IMG/VR virus record: IMGVR_UViG_3300003316_000274
Location: 1 to 64,000 of that record
DNA from: a virus
DNA length: 64,000 nucleotides
Reading direction: 5' to 3' (one strand)
Made by a program: the position numbers and the translations under genes. Positions 1-9,605 of the stretch are shown here, piece after piece (positions within the stretch are counted from its first letter, which is position 1; each line of letters opens with the position of its first letter). A model generated the notes under the pieces. That model saw only the letters and a program-made list of their open reading frames with translations, did no database searches and was not told the origin of the DNA.

Positions 1-30
1 GTGCCCAGAACCGGACTTGAACCTGTGGCG
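1..30 (-). other. tRNA 3'-end-like fragment (T-arm plus 3' acceptor strand); not an intact tRNA; possible att-core remnant
   Basis: The reverse complement of 1-30 reads CCACAGGTTCAAGTCCGGTTCTGGGCAC, which contains the canonical T-loop GGTTCAAGTCC. I could not fold the following ~50 nt into D or anticodon arms, and the 5' acceptor strand does not pair (two G-G clashes). Confidence 0.3.
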
Positions 31-668
31 GCCGAGTCGCTGACCTGCGAAAACGCTCCGACCAGGCCATCCGCCCCCCGGATCGGGACGCTTCTCCACT
101 GGTTTCCCCGGAATTTCCCGCCAAATCGGCCCCCGTGTTCCCACGTTGGGAACACGGGAGAACACCTCGCCAGGGCGATGCGCTGAACTGGACAGACGCC
201 TCCGCGGCGATGCTCGCCAGGGCCCTTTGGCCGCCGGAGGCTCGAACCGATCTCCTCGTACCGGATATGGCTCAAACTGTTCGCGCAGAGCGCCTCTAGG
301 GCTACCCGCAGCCAGGTCAGGGTCCGGTTGAGAGGGGAAACAGAAGCGGGCCCGACAGTAGGTCTGCCGGGCCCGCCTGCGGCTCAGGAGTACTGCGATG
401 CGGAGCAGGCCCTGGAGCCACACACCGCCCGGCTCCCCCTGGAACCGGGCGGCGAGCTACACGTCGACGATGGTCGAATCGCTTCGCTTCAGTCATTCTG
501 CCCTGAAACTCCACGCGATCTGCCCACGAATACGACAATCTACGACTTCGTACATCTAGCATGCGGGCCCCGGCCACCCGTCGTTGAAGGGGAGATGGGC
601 GGCCGGGGCCTTTTCTTCCCTCCACGAAGGGGAGCCAACTCGCTCGCGAAGGGAAGCCTGGGGGGTGC

Positions 669-1232
669 CTAGATGGGGCCCGGCTGAGCCGGTACCCGTA
701 CCAGGACAGGGCGGCGAGGACTGCACACGCCGTGGACGAAGCAAGGTGCCCCCGAGCCGGTGTCGCCGGACTGCGCCACCTCGACCGAGTCGCCCTCGAC
801 GATGACCTGCCAGCACCTCCCGCACACGAGCCGGTCGAGCGCGCTCTGGATCTCTTCCACACCGATCGGCTCGCTGAGCGGACCGGGCTGAGTGATCAGA
901 GTGAGGAAAGACCGGCACAGAGTCGCCAGGTCGAACACCGCATCCTGAACGCGCCCCGGCGACCGCTCTTCCAAGGCCGACCTCTGGCTGTCGATCTGGT
1001 CCAGGACGCGGTAGCCGCCCCTCAGGGTATGCAGCGCGGTAGAGCGCATACTGCCGCGCATCCTCGGCGTGATGACCAGGGCCTCCGGCATCAGCATGTC
1101 GACGTACCGGCGCAGCTCGTCACGCAGCTCCAGAGTGCTGTCCCGGTCCTTCGGCCCGATGAAGATCACCAGGCCCGCCGCGTACGCGGTCCGGATCGTC
1201 TCGACGTCGACCGACGCCGCAGGACTGCTCAT
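669..1232 (-). CDS. hypothetical protein, DUF6415-like N-terminus (recalled family, weak)
   Basis: Tail of ORF 669..1310. Start chosen at MSSPAASVDVETIRTAY, which overlaps the upstream stop by 4 nt (ATGA). Good GC3. Confidence 0.6.
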   Translation of the reverse strand: MSSPAASVDVETIRTAYAAGLVIFIGPKDRDSTLELRDELRRYVDMLMPEALVITPRMRGSMRSTALHTLRGGYRVLDQIDSQRSALEERSPGRVQDAVFDLATLCRSFLTLITQPGPLSEPIGVEEIQSALDRLVCGRCWQVIVEGDSVEVAQSGDTGSGAPCFVHGVCSPRRPVLVRVPAQPGPI

Positions 1233-1786
1233 TCGCGTTCCCCCTCGTCCCTCAACGCCAGGTTGTAGCGGCCCCGCGCGATCATCTGCGACACCGCCTC
1301 CGGACTGCACAGCCTCCCCGCCTCCGCCACCGGCACCGCCCAGTAGAAACGGGCATTACCCGCGTCGACCCGCGTCGGCTCGGGCACCCCGACGTAGGAC
1401 CCGGTCCCCAAGAACGTCGCGTCGTCCCGGGCCGCCTCGCTCTGCCACTCACGGCGTTGCGACGCTTCCACGGGCACGAGGGCGTAGTAGCAGTCCGGGT
1501 AGACCCTCACGAAAACGGGGCCGCCGCCCAGCGCCTCAGCCAGATACGCATTGACATCCGCCGCCTTTTTCGTGCCCGCCACCGCCCACACGACCTCGGG
1601 CTGAATCTTGACCACGGCCCACTCCGTACCGCACGCCAGCAGCGTGGCTCCGAGCTTCTCCCACTCCTTGGCCGCCCTGGTCGGGTCGCCGGCGGCGAGA
1701 AGCAGCCACCCGCGCACGGTCCGCCAATGCGCTCTCTGCGCCCTCGCGGCTACGTCTTCCTCGTCCACACTCTGGCCTGCTGCCAT
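1229..1786 (-). CDS. hypothetical protein
   Basis: ORF 1229..1786 with non-degenerate composition and good GC3. Divergent from the regulator at 1918. Confidence 0.6.
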   Translation of the reverse strand: MAAGQSVDEEDVAARAQRAHWRTVRGWLLLAAGDPTRAAKEWEKLGATLLACGTEWAVVKIQPEVVWAVAGTKKAADVNAYLAEALGGGPVFVRVYPDCYYALVPVEASQRREWQSEAARDDATFLGTGSYVGVPEPTRVDAGNARFYWAVPVAEAGRLCSPEAVSQMIARGRYNLALRDEGERE

Positions 1787-1917
1787 CCGACGCCCCCAAG
1801 CGGCTGTCTGCGATTGTTGATTACGCGAGTACAGCGGGTCGTATGGTGGAGTGTGTAGCCCCCGGAAGCTCTGATGGGTTTACCGGGTTTAACGCCCTGC
1901 TTGGGAGGGTGGGACGA

Positions 1918-3312
1918 GTGACGAATCACTCGCGCGCGCAGAACGTGGCGCTCAAAGAGGCCCTGGCCGAAGCCAGCCTGACGTATGAACGGCTCGCCCT
2001 GGACGTGCGCCGCATCGGCGCCCTGGCGGGCCACGACCTCCGTACGAACAAGTCGGCGGTCGCCCACTGGGTCGCCGGCCGGGATCCAGACCCCGAAACC
2101 GCCACGTACATTGCCGAAGCGATCAGCCGCCGGATCGGCCGCCAAGTACAGCCGTCTGACCTGGGGTTCAGGCCCCGGAAAGCAGACCAGTCCCAAGCCC
2201 GGCTTGGGTTGGGCTTGGGACCAGATCCGATGGACATGCTACGGCGAATTGGAGAGGCTGACATCAACCGCCGAAAGATTCTCACCACGGCCGCATACAG
2301 CGTCGCCGCTGCGGCGCTTCCCCTCGCTCACCCCCAGGCCGCTGAAGCCCAGGAGCGGGCCCAGGCAGCGCGCGGTCGCTACGTCGGCGAGGCTGACATC
2401 ACCACCGTCCGCGCCATGCTCAAGGCGTTCACCACGATCGACGAGCGCCAGGGCGGGCGCCACGGCCGATCGGCGGTCGTCGAGTACCTGCGCTCCGACG
2501 TCGCGGACCTCACCAGGGGCCGGTTCGCCAAGGAATCCCTGCGCTCCGACGCGCTGACGACCGGCGCCGCATTTAGTTTCCTGGCCGGGTGGAAGGCGTA
2601 CGACGCCGGTGAGCACGGGCTCGCCCAGCGCTACTACCTCCAGACCCTCGCCCTGACCCGCGAGGCCGACAACCCCCTGCACAGTGCGTGGGTGCTCCGG
2701 ATCATGGCGCACAACGGGATGGACATCCACCGCCCGGAGCACACCCTCGACCTGGCCGATGCTGCCCTCAGCCTGGCGACCGGCCGTGCGGAGCCCGGCA
2801 TGCTGTCGATGTTCGTCGTCTGCCGGGCGCGTGCACTCGCGGTCGCCGGCCGGGGCGCCGAGGCCGCCGCCGAGATCCGTCGCGCCCAGGACCTGGCGCT
2901 CCGCGCCGACGACGAAGTCCTCCCCTACTGGACCGCCCTGAGCGGACCGCCTCGCGCGGCCGTCGGCTCTCACGCCGCAAAGACGTTCCGTACCCTGCGC
3001 GACCACGCCAACGCCGAGAAGCAGTACGGGATCGCCGGGCGCAACTACAGCGCCCACGACGCCGGCCTCCACCGCATCACCGCACTCTCCCTCTCGGCGC
3101 AAGGCAAAGAGCAGGCCGCGCAGGGCCATCTGGAGCAGGCATGTGGCACCTGGGGGCGGGCGCTCGACTACTTCGAGGGCGTCTATTCCGACCGGGCCGT
3201 CAAGCAGGTCAGCGGTATCCGCCGTAGCCTCGCCGTGTTCGACCGACGCGGCGTCGCCATGGCCGCCGACCTCGACGAACGAGCCCGCACCTGGCAGGCC
3301 ACCTACATGTAG
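1918..3312 (+). CDS. XRE-type HTH transcriptional regulator with long helical (TPR-like) C-terminal domain
   Basis: ORF 1843..3312. GTG at 1918 lies 9 nt after GGAGG. The N-terminal segment LTYERLALDVRRIG..NKSAVAHWVAG is HTH-like, and the C-terminus has repetitive helical A/L/Y-rich segments. Confidence 0.75.
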   Translation: MTNHSRAQNVALKEALAEASLTYERLALDVRRIGALAGHDLRTNKSAVAHWVAGRDPDPETATYIAEAISRRIGRQVQPSDLGFRPRKADQSQARLGLGLGPDPMDMLRRIGEADINRRKILTTAAYSVAAAALPLAHPQAAEAQERAQAARGRYVGEADITTVRAMLKAFTTIDERQGGRHGRSAVVEYLRSDVADLTRGRFAKESLRSDALTTGAAFSFLAGWKAYDAGEHGLAQRYYLQTLALTREADNPLHSAWVLRIMAHNGMDIHRPEHTLDLADAALSLATGRAEPGMLSMFVVCRARALAVAGRGAEAAAEIRRAQDLALRADDEVLPYWTALSGPPRAAVGSHAAKTFRTLRDHANAEKQYGIAGRNYSAHDAGLHRITALSLSAQGKEQAAQGHLEQACGTWGRALDYFEGVYSDRAVKQVSGIRRSLAVFDRRGVAMAADLDERARTWQATYM

Positions 3313-3324
3313 ACACCACTGTCA

Positions 3325-3510
3325 GTGATGGGCCGTACGGTTGAACGTATGTCCCGGCACGACCGTCTGCGCGACCACGCGCAGCGCATCAACGCGCGCA
3401 TCCGCCGACTCATGGCCGGCCCCGCTACCCGACAGCGCACCGCCGAGTACGAGCGCCTCCTCATCCAGTGGGAGGAAGCAACCAGGGGCGACGTCGACCG
3501 GGCCGCCTGA
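3325..3510 (+). CDS. small hypothetical protein
   Basis: 61-aa ORF with good GC3, followed directly by the hairpin at 3519-3545. Confidence 0.5.
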   Translation: MMGRTVERMSRHDRLRDHAQRINARIRRLMAGPATRQRTAEYERLLIQWEEATRGDVDRAA

Positions 3511-3518
3511 AAACGCTA

Positions 3519-3545
3519 CCGCCCGACGGTCATACCGTCGGGCGG
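3519..3545. terminator. bidirectional terminator hairpin at a convergent junction
   Basis: CCGCCCGACGGT-cat-ACCGTCGGGCGG, a perfect 12-bp stem, between the + gene ending at 3510 and the - gene ending at 3647. Confidence 0.6.
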
Positions 3546-3646
3546 AGCGCCGCACGAGCACCGCGTAGGACATCGCCGTAGACGGAGCCCATCATGCCTG
3601 TCGGCTCCTGGCCCAGGAGGATGACGCGCCGATCGGCAAGGGCCGG

Positions 3647-4042
3647 TCAAGGCCCGTTGTTCTCCTGCTCGGGCGGCACGGGACACGGTGCTCCCTCCGG
3701 CATGAGGCTGGCCAGGCGGCAGTTCGCTAGATCGACCGCGTCTCTCAGCGAGGCACCCGAGTTCGGCCGCATCTCGTGCTCCAGCCGCCGGAGCCGCTCG
3801 CCGATCGCCACCACGGCGCGTTCGGTGTGCTGGAGCCGTACCAGTACACCGGGCCGGGCCGGGACCCCCGGACGCTCGGGCTCGCCGTACCAGTCCGTCA
3901 GGTACTGGTCCATCCGCCTCCAGAAGCGGATGAGCGCCCGTACGGCCTGCCACAGGCCCGTCCCGATGCCCAAGGCGACGGAGAGCACGCCGCCCCAGAT
4001 GAGGACCTGGTCGAGCAGCCCAATGCCCGTGGGGTCCGGCAT
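3647..4042 (-). CDS. single-pass membrane protein downstream of the endolysin (holin-like or lysis-associated)
   Basis: Internal start MPDPTGIGLLDQVLIWGGVLSVALGIGTGLW of ORF 3647..4216. The ATG shares 1 nt with the endolysin stop (TGATG). One N-terminal TM segment followed by a helical region. Confidence 0.7.
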   Translation of the reverse strand: MPDPTGIGLLDQVLIWGGVLSVALGIGTGLWQAVRALIRFWRRMDQYLTDWYGEPERPGVPARPGVLVRLQHTERAVVAIGERLRRLEHEMRPNSGASLRDAVDLANCRLASLMPEGAPCPVPPEQENNGP

Positions 4043-4884
4043 CAGGACGCCAGCCGCGCGGCGAGCTGGTCGGCGACGAGTTCGGCGATCCGCTTCGCGA
4101 GGGTGGGCTCGGCGGCGATGCGGCTGGCGAGCGCAGCCAGCTGCTCCTCGGTGAGTTCCGGCGCGGAGGCCGCCTTGATGGCGGCCAGCAGGTCGTCGAA
4201 ATGGGAATCCGACCACTCCTGGTAATAGAGGGCCGGGATCGTCCGCGGCTTCCCGTCCGAGCCGAGCCTGAACCGATTGGGGATGCCGTATTCCCAGACG
4301 GCCTTCGCGTACTCAGCAGGGGTGGGCATATCGGTCTCCTCCGGCTCGGTGGGGTCCCAATCGGCTGCGCGGGCGACGATGGCGGGGAACAACGTCGTCC
4401 TGAACTGCGTGATGCGGGCCGCGCCCGGGCAGTCGGTTCCGCCGACCGACCATTCCGGGAACATGGAGTGGTAGCCGAACCCGGGCTCGTCCCAGGTCTG
4501 GCAGATCTTCAGCGGAAGCCCGTGTCGCTGGTGCATCCACACGCCGAGGGCGACGAGGGTCTTGACCTGCTTCGGCGTCCACGGGTCGGAGGAGTCGGTC
4601 TTGCTGGCCGTCTCGACGCTGACCGCGCCGCTACCGTCAGCGCGCCGGTTGGCCTCAGCGTTCGCATCCGCGCGAGTCTCCGTGCCGATGTACTGCCCCA
4701 CCGACCCGTCGTAGTCGACACCGAAGTGCGACTCCAGGGTCGTGGTCTTCCAGTGTTCGAGGAGGCGTTGTTCGTTCCACGGCGCGGCCATGCTGTGAAA
4801 GATGAGCTGCGTGGGGCGGATCGCTGGCTGCGCGTCACTCTCGGGCTGGAGCTCCATTTTCTGCGCCTTCTCCCACCAAGCCAT
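4042..4884 (-). CDS. endolysin, N-acetylmuramoyl-L-alanine amidase (PGRP/amidase_2-like) with C-terminal helical domain
   Basis: Start MAWWEKAQK within ORF 4042..5433. Sequence features: FHSMAAPW..LESHFGVDYDG..GYHSMF..TDCPG, resembling zinc amidase endolysins. 1-nt overlap with the upstream stop. Confidence 0.85.
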   Translation of the reverse strand: MAWWEKAQKMELQPESDAQPAIRPTQLIFHSMAAPWNEQRLLEHWKTTTLESHFGVDYDGSVGQYIGTETRADANAEANRRADGSGAVSVETASKTDSSDPWTPKQVKTLVALGVWMHQRHGLPLKICQTWDEPGFGYHSMFPEWSVGGTDCPGAARITQFRTTLFPAIVARAADWDPTEPEETDMPTPAEYAKAVWEYGIPNRFRLGSDGKPRTIPALYYQEWSDSHFDDLLAAIKAASAPELTEEQLAALASRIAAEPTLAKRIAELVADQLAARLAS

Positions 4885-5177
4885 CAGACACGCTCCAGCC
4901 AGTGCCAGGAGCCGCCCCGTCGCTCCCCGGGCGGAAGTGAGCAGCCGACCCCCTCCGGCTGATGCAGAAAGCTTCCGCCTTCCGCGAGGGAGTGGAAGAA
5001 CAAGCCGCTCGGGTTCTGGACGCACAGACCGACCTGATACGGCTCCTCCGCGTTGACCTCGGTGATGGTCGCGGCACGGCACGTAGCGACGTACGCCTGC
5101 GTACCGTCCGGCCGGATCGGGGTTCCGTGGGACACGTAGTGAACGACCCGGCCGACGGCGGCCGTGGATTGCGTCAA
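4884..5177 (-). CDS. small hypothetical protein
   Basis: ORF 4884..5189. The TTG at 5177 is preceded by GGAGG with a 5-nt spacer, so it is preferred over the TTG at 5189. Confidence 0.6.
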   Translation of the reverse strand: MTQSTAAVGRVVHYVSHGTPIRPDGTQAYVATCRAATITEVNAEEPYQVGLCVQNPSGLFFHSLAEGGSFLHQPEGVGCSLPPGERRGGSWHWLERV

Positions 5178-5205
5178 GGAAACCTCCAAGCGGAATGGCG
5201 GATGT

Positions 5206-5313
5206 GTCCGGACACTGTCCGGACGCCAGGGGAAGCAGCATCCGGACGCTGCTCCGGACGATCGACGTAATGGACTGTGACCTGCCCGGACACCATCCGG
5301 ACTCGGTCCGGAC
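5206..5313. repeat. array of 7 (N)TCCGGAC sites, 3 of them perfect GTCCGGAC, upstream of the lysis cassette
   Basis: GTCCGGAC at 5206, 5217 and 5306. ATCCGGAC at 5240 and 5295. CTCCGGAC at 5252. GCCCGGAC at 5284. Spacings are mostly 11-12 bp. The array lies in the 5190-5356 intergenic gap. Confidence 0.8.
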
Positions 5314-5356
5314 GATGTCTCGGATTAGCCACTGCCAGAACTGTAGACAACCGTCA

Positions 5357-5896
5357 TCAGATGCCCTGCCCGGCCTCGATGGCGTGCAGGTGGACCGTGG
5401 CCCCTGCCAGCGGCGCCGGAGCGCCCAGGACATTGATGCCGAGGACCACGACTACCGCGCTGGTGCGCACGTTGACCGTGCACGAGGACGCGGACAGCGC
5501 GGTGACCCGGGCCTCCACCGCGTTGGCGTTCGTCGTCTCCAGCGCCTGCGCCACCTTCGGCACGGCAGAGAACGGCGGGGAGAACGTGAAGACGACGTCC
5601 CCGCTCCCGTTGGACACGCCGGAGGCGGCGAAGATCCGGCGGGCTGCGGTCGGGGCGACGACCCACCGGGTGCCATCGGACTGCACGCGCCGCTCCCGCC
5701 CGGCCGGAACGGTCAGCGTCGCGACGGCGACGCCGTCGACCAGGAACGGCGTCGCCCCTGTCGAGGACCACACCGCGGAGGCGGTGGACGTGTTCGTCAG
5801 GTCGTGGGTGCGGCCCGCGACGGTCGTCGGGTCGGGGAGCGATTCGGCGGCCGAATCCGATTCGAGGATCAGCGCGTTTGTGTCGTGCAAGGCCAC
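5357..5896 (-). CDS. tail fibre-associated protein (possible H-type-lectin-like C-terminus)
   Basis: ORF 5357..5896. GTG start 8 nt after GAGG. Lies in the tail module. The C-terminal segment VVFTFSPPFSAVPKV..CTVNV is lectin-like. Confidence 0.65.
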   Translation of the reverse strand: MALHDTNALILESDSAAESLPDPTTVAGRTHDLTNTSTASAVWSSTGATPFLVDGVAVATLTVPAGRERRVQSDGTRWVVAPTAARRIFAASGVSNGSGDVVFTFSPPFSAVPKVAQALETTNANAVEARVTALSASSCTVNVRTSAVVVVLGINVLGAPAPLAGATVHLHAIEAGQGI

Positions 5897-5982
5897 GGCC
5901 TAGACCTCATTCCTGGGCAGTCGTACGCCCCTCACGGAGAACCCGATGGAGCGTCGGCTGAGAGATATCGAATGGTTGTTAC

Positions 5983-7869
5983 TCAGACGGTGTCGTCGAA
6001 GGCCTTCGACGCCAGCCTGTTCACGTTGGCCGCCGTCAGGGTCTTGGTCGCGGCGAGGCTGACCTCGGTGTCGAAGTGGACGAAGGCACCGCCGTTGAGG
6101 GTGGCGCCGCCGGCGACCCGGCACCGCTGCGTGGCCCCGTTCGCCGGGATGTTCAGCGTCGACCCCTGCTCCACAGTGCAGTCCCGAATCGGCTGCCCGG
6201 CGACCCGCGCACCGGCCACGGTCAACGTGGACTGGCCGCGCACCGACATACCGAACACGTCCGCCAGACCACCACCAGCCGTCCCCGTGAGGCCCGTGAG
6301 AGTCATCGTGGACAGCCCGGTGACGTGGTTGTTCCGGATCTGCTTCCCGACCCCGTCGCCCGTCGTGTACGTCAGCACGGACCCCGCGTCCACCTGGTTG
6401 TCGTGGAACGCGGACGCGGAGTTCAAGTCCGTGGACGCGTCCGTGATCGTCACCGTGCCGCCGTAGACCCGACACCCGTCCACCCACGCGCCGTTCGTCG
6501 TGCCCTCGATGCGCAGCCGACCGGCCGGGGAAGCCAGCGACGTCCCCTTCACCTCGGTGCGGGTCACGAAGTTCTGGTTCGTCCCGGCCGTGGTGGCGAA
6601 TTCCACGACACCTCCTGCGTCGACGCGGGCCTGGTCGACCCTGTCGCCCTGCGACGGAATCACCGAAGCCGTGGCGCCCGACTCGGTGACGCGGGCGCTC
6701 TGGCCCACGTACGTACCGAAGTTGAGGGACAGAGAGCGGACGGAGGTCACCTCCACCGTGCCGGAGTCGACGGTGGAGTTGTTGACGTTCACGTCCCCAG
6801 AAGACCCGGCCGCGGTGCGGACGGTGCCGCCGGTTGTCCGCGCCTGGGAGACGATCATCTGGCCCGTTCCCTGGTGGTCGAACGTGGTGAAGGCCGAATA
6901 CCCCTGCGTGATGTCCAGGCGCCCCGAGGCCGCACCCTTTGTCAACAGGATGTCATCGAAGGTCGCCTGCCGGATGTTGGCCGACGATCCGGCAGCCCCG
7001 TCGAGGCGCCACGCGTTGGTGAAGAACGACGCATCCACGGCGGTGATGGCGATATTGACGTCCCCCGGGCCCGCGATGATGGCACCGGTAGCGGTGTTCC
7101 CACGCAGCACGGAAGCGACGATCGACGTCGCCTGCGGCGTGGTGCCGCCCTGGCCGCGCAGCAGCGACGACCGCACCTCGGTGTTGTTGAGCGTCCACGA
7201 GCGCTGCGACCCGGCGTCCTGCACCAGCGTGGCCCCATACAGCTTGGTGCCGTTGTTCATCGTGATGGACCCGGTGGCCTGCTGCCCCGTGACCGTGGAC
7301 GCCTGAGCCTCCGCGTTCGTCATCGTGAACGTGCCGCCGGTCGTCACCGTCGACGCCCTCACGTCCGACTGCGTCCATGACCCCGACGTCCAGCCGGTCA
7401 TGTCGATGGTCGAGTCCCTGACGGTGTTCCGCTGGAACGAGCGGGCCGTCGCCGGTGCGGTGAGGGTCACGCTGTCGAGGTAGTTCTCGCTCCACAGCGC
7501 CGTGCCCCAAGGGAAGGTGCCGACGATCGGCGACGTACCCGTGGTGTCCCGGACGACGTTGTTCAGGTTGTCCCGCAATTCGACGAGTTGACCGACCGTG
7601 CCACGGTCGATGTCGTACAGGCCCTCCCACGCCTCGCCGTCGTACGGGGTGGTGACCTTCGCCTCCAGGGCCAGAGTCGAGGCGTTGACGGCGTGCAGCT
7701 CGACCAGGTTCGGGCCAGCCAGGGTCGTGCCCTGGCTGAAGTCGTTGACGACGTAGTGACACTGAGGGTCGAGGCCGCCGGCGTCCCGAAGGGCGCGCAG
7801 CGCCGCGGCCGTCATCGGGTCCGGGCAGGATGCCTGCGCCGGCGGGGTGTAGCTACCCGAGGTGGACAT
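5983..7869 (-). CDS. tail fibre or tail spike-like protein with T/G/S/V-rich repetitive beta-strand (beta-helix-like) body
   Basis: Start MSTSGSYTPP within ORF 5983..7917. Long runs of short T/G/N/V-rich repeats. Confidence 0.75.
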   Translation of the reverse strand: MSTSGSYTPPAQASCPDPMTAAALRALRDAGGLDPQCHYVVNDFSQGTTLAGPNLVELHAVNASTLALEAKVTTPYDGEAWEGLYDIDRGTVGQLVELRDNLNNVVRDTTGTSPIVGTFPWGTALWSENYLDSVTLTAPATARSFQRNTVRDSTIDMTGWTSGSWTQSDVRASTVTTGGTFTMTNAEAQASTVTGQQATGSITMNNGTKLYGATLVQDAGSQRSWTLNNTEVRSSLLRGQGGTTPQATSIVASVLRGNTATGAIIAGPGDVNIAITAVDASFFTNAWRLDGAAGSSANIRQATFDDILLTKGAASGRLDITQGYSAFTTFDHQGTGQMIVSQARTTGGTVRTAAGSSGDVNVNNSTVDSGTVEVTSVRSLSLNFGTYVGQSARVTESGATASVIPSQGDRVDQARVDAGGVVEFATTAGTNQNFVTRTEVKGTSLASPAGRLRIEGTTNGAWVDGCRVYGGTVTITDASTDLNSASAFHDNQVDAGSVLTYTTGDGVGKQIRNNHVTGLSTMTLTGLTGTAGGGLADVFGMSVRGQSTLTVAGARVAGQPIRDCTVEQGSTLNIPANGATQRCRVAGGATLNGGAFVHFDTEVSLAATKTLTAANVNRLASKAFDDTV

Positions 7870-7888
7870 CAGCGGTTCCTCTCGTCGA

Positions 7889-8992
7889 TCACGGTTGCAG
7901 GATGTCCAGCCGGACACGGATGGGGGCTGTGCTGCCGTCGGTGCTGTTCTGGTGGAAGAACACCGTGTTGGCGCTGGTGACCCGCACTGACCCGGATGGG
8001 GAGGACCCGAGCGGCCCGGACAGGTACGTGAGAAGCACGCGGCGGCCGGCCGTGAGGGCGTTGCTCAATACCTGGGCTCCGGGGTTCAGTTGCCCGGTCA
8101 GCGGCCACGTCACCGTCCCGAGGTCTGGGCTGCTGAAGGTGATCCCGGCGCCACCCGAGGCGTGCGGCGGGTTGCCGTACTGGAACTCGACGCTGGAGAC
8201 GCTGCTCCACGTCATGGTGGGCGAACCCGTCGTGGGGTCGTAGCAGCCGCTAGCGGGGGCGGCGAACCCGGTGGTGCCGGTCGGCGCGGGCACGACGTTG
8301 CACAGGTTCTCGCCCGCCGGGTCTGGGCCGTCCCCGAAGAACTGGCCTGTGGCTGTGAAGGCCGACGCGACGAAGGTCTCGTTCACGCAGGGCTCGAACG
8401 TCGCTGGGTCCACGACGAGACCTGTGGCGCCGTCGACCCAGTACAGGGTCTCCCCGCAGAGCAGCGGGAAGGCGCTGCGCTGCGGCTGGCCGGCCGCCGT
8501 GCGGTAGCAGCGAGCATCCCCGCCAGTGGGGCAGCAGCCGCACGGCAAAGAGGAGCCGACCGCGAACTGGCTGGCGTTGGTGAAGTCGAACGTCACCACC
8601 GGCGCGGTGCAGCACCCGTTGTTGGGGCTCTGCCCCACCCACAGCTCCACCGTGTGCGCGCCCGGGACCGCAGGCAGCGTGAAGGTGCGCGGCCCGGACC
8701 AGATCGGGCCGCCGCCGAGGATCGGCGTCACGGCACCCTGGTCGACGCCGTCGTAGACCAGGCGCGCCGGGACGTTCACGGCGCCGCTGTAGATGTCGCC
8801 GGACACGGTTGCCGTCCATGAGCCGGTCACCCCAGCCGGGATGGTGAACTGCGTCCGGTACCGCTGCGTGCCGGTGGGGCCGATCACCTCGTTCAGCGGG
8901 TTGGGCGCGGGCGGCCCGACCCACGTCGTGCCGCTGTTGCCCGACGCCTGCCAGCCAGTCGGGAAGTTGCTCACCCACGGCGCTACGGTCAC
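7889..8992 (-). CDS. minor tail protein
   Basis: ORF 7889..8992. GTG start after a GAGGGGG motif. Contains the LPCGCCPTGG motif shared with neighbouring tail proteins. Confidence 0.75.
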   Translation of the reverse strand: MTVAPWVSNFPTGWQASGNSGTTWVGPPAPNPLNEVIGPTGTQRYRTQFTIPAGVTGSWTATVSGDIYSGAVNVPARLVYDGVDQGAVTPILGGGPIWSGPRTFTLPAVPGAHTVELWVGQSPNNGCCTAPVVTFDFTNASQFAVGSSLPCGCCPTGGDARCYRTAAGQPQRSAFPLLCGETLYWVDGATGLVVDPATFEPCVNETFVASAFTATGQFFGDGPDPAGENLCNVVPAPTGTTGFAAPASGCYDPTTGSPTMTWSSVSSVEFQYGNPPHASGGAGITFSSPDLGTVTWPLTGQLNPGAQVLSNALTAGRRVLLTYLSGPLGSSPSGSVRVTSANTVFFHQNSTDGSTAPIRVRLDILQP

Positions 8993-9002
8993 GTCCGCCC
9001 CC

Positions 9003-9605
9003 TCAGCCGCAGTTGGTGACGTCGGCGGTCGGTACGAGGTTGCCCGCTTCGCTGTACCACTCCACGGTGCCGTTGCGGCGACGGCACGGGAACACGGTCT
9101 GGACCTCGACCAGTTGCAGCTCGCGCCAGAACGGCGCTTGGGTGCCGCCGATCTGCTTGTTCATGGTGTGCAGGACAACGCTGTCCACGCCGTCCACCTC
9201 GCCCCCGGCCGGGAGCAGGAACGTGAACGGCGCACCACCGTTCCCGCCCGTGCAGGGCAGCGACGCCAGCAGGGTGGCGCCGCTGTAGAAATCGGCGGTG
9301 AACTGGAACAGGCCGTCCGAGTCCGTCAGGATGCCCCCGCCCTGGTTCCACAGTCTCAGCCCCCGTACGCGGTTGTGCTGGGTGCTCAGCCCGTACGTGA
9401 CGCGCAGCGTGGTCGACGGGAGGTTCCCGAGGGTGGTGGTGTAGCCGGACAGGGCAGCCGAGTTCGTCACCCCGTCGATGGTCAGCGCCAGGTTCGTCGG
9501 GTTCCAGCCGGCCTGTGACGCCGTCTCGGCGACCGTGTCGAAGCGTGCCGTGGCCGGCGCGCACCGGTGCGCGCCGGTCGGGCAGCAGTCACAGGGCACG
9601 GCCAC
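9003..9605 (-). CDS. minor tail protein
   Basis: Only the last 200 aa of ORF 9003..10865 look coding. The GTG at 9605 overlaps the TAG of the upstream gene (TAGTG). N-terminus is VAVPCDCCPTG. Confidence 0.7.
   Translation of the reverse strand: MAVPCDCCPTGAHRCAPATARFDTVAETASQAGWNPTNLALTIDGVTNSAALSGYTTTLGNLPSTTLRVTYGLSTQHNRVRGLRLWNQGGGILTDSDGLFQFTADFYSGATLLASLPCTGGNGGAPFTFLLPAGGEVDGVDSVVLHTMNKQIGGTQAPFWRELQLVEVQTVFPCRRRNGTVEWYSEAGNLVPTADVTNCG

Noticed and set aside
1-75. An intact tRNA gene on the minus strand at the window start.
   Set aside because: Only the T-arm and 3' acceptor strand are convincing. The putative 5' acceptor strand gives two G-G clashes, and I could not form D or anticodon arms or find a U33-type loop.
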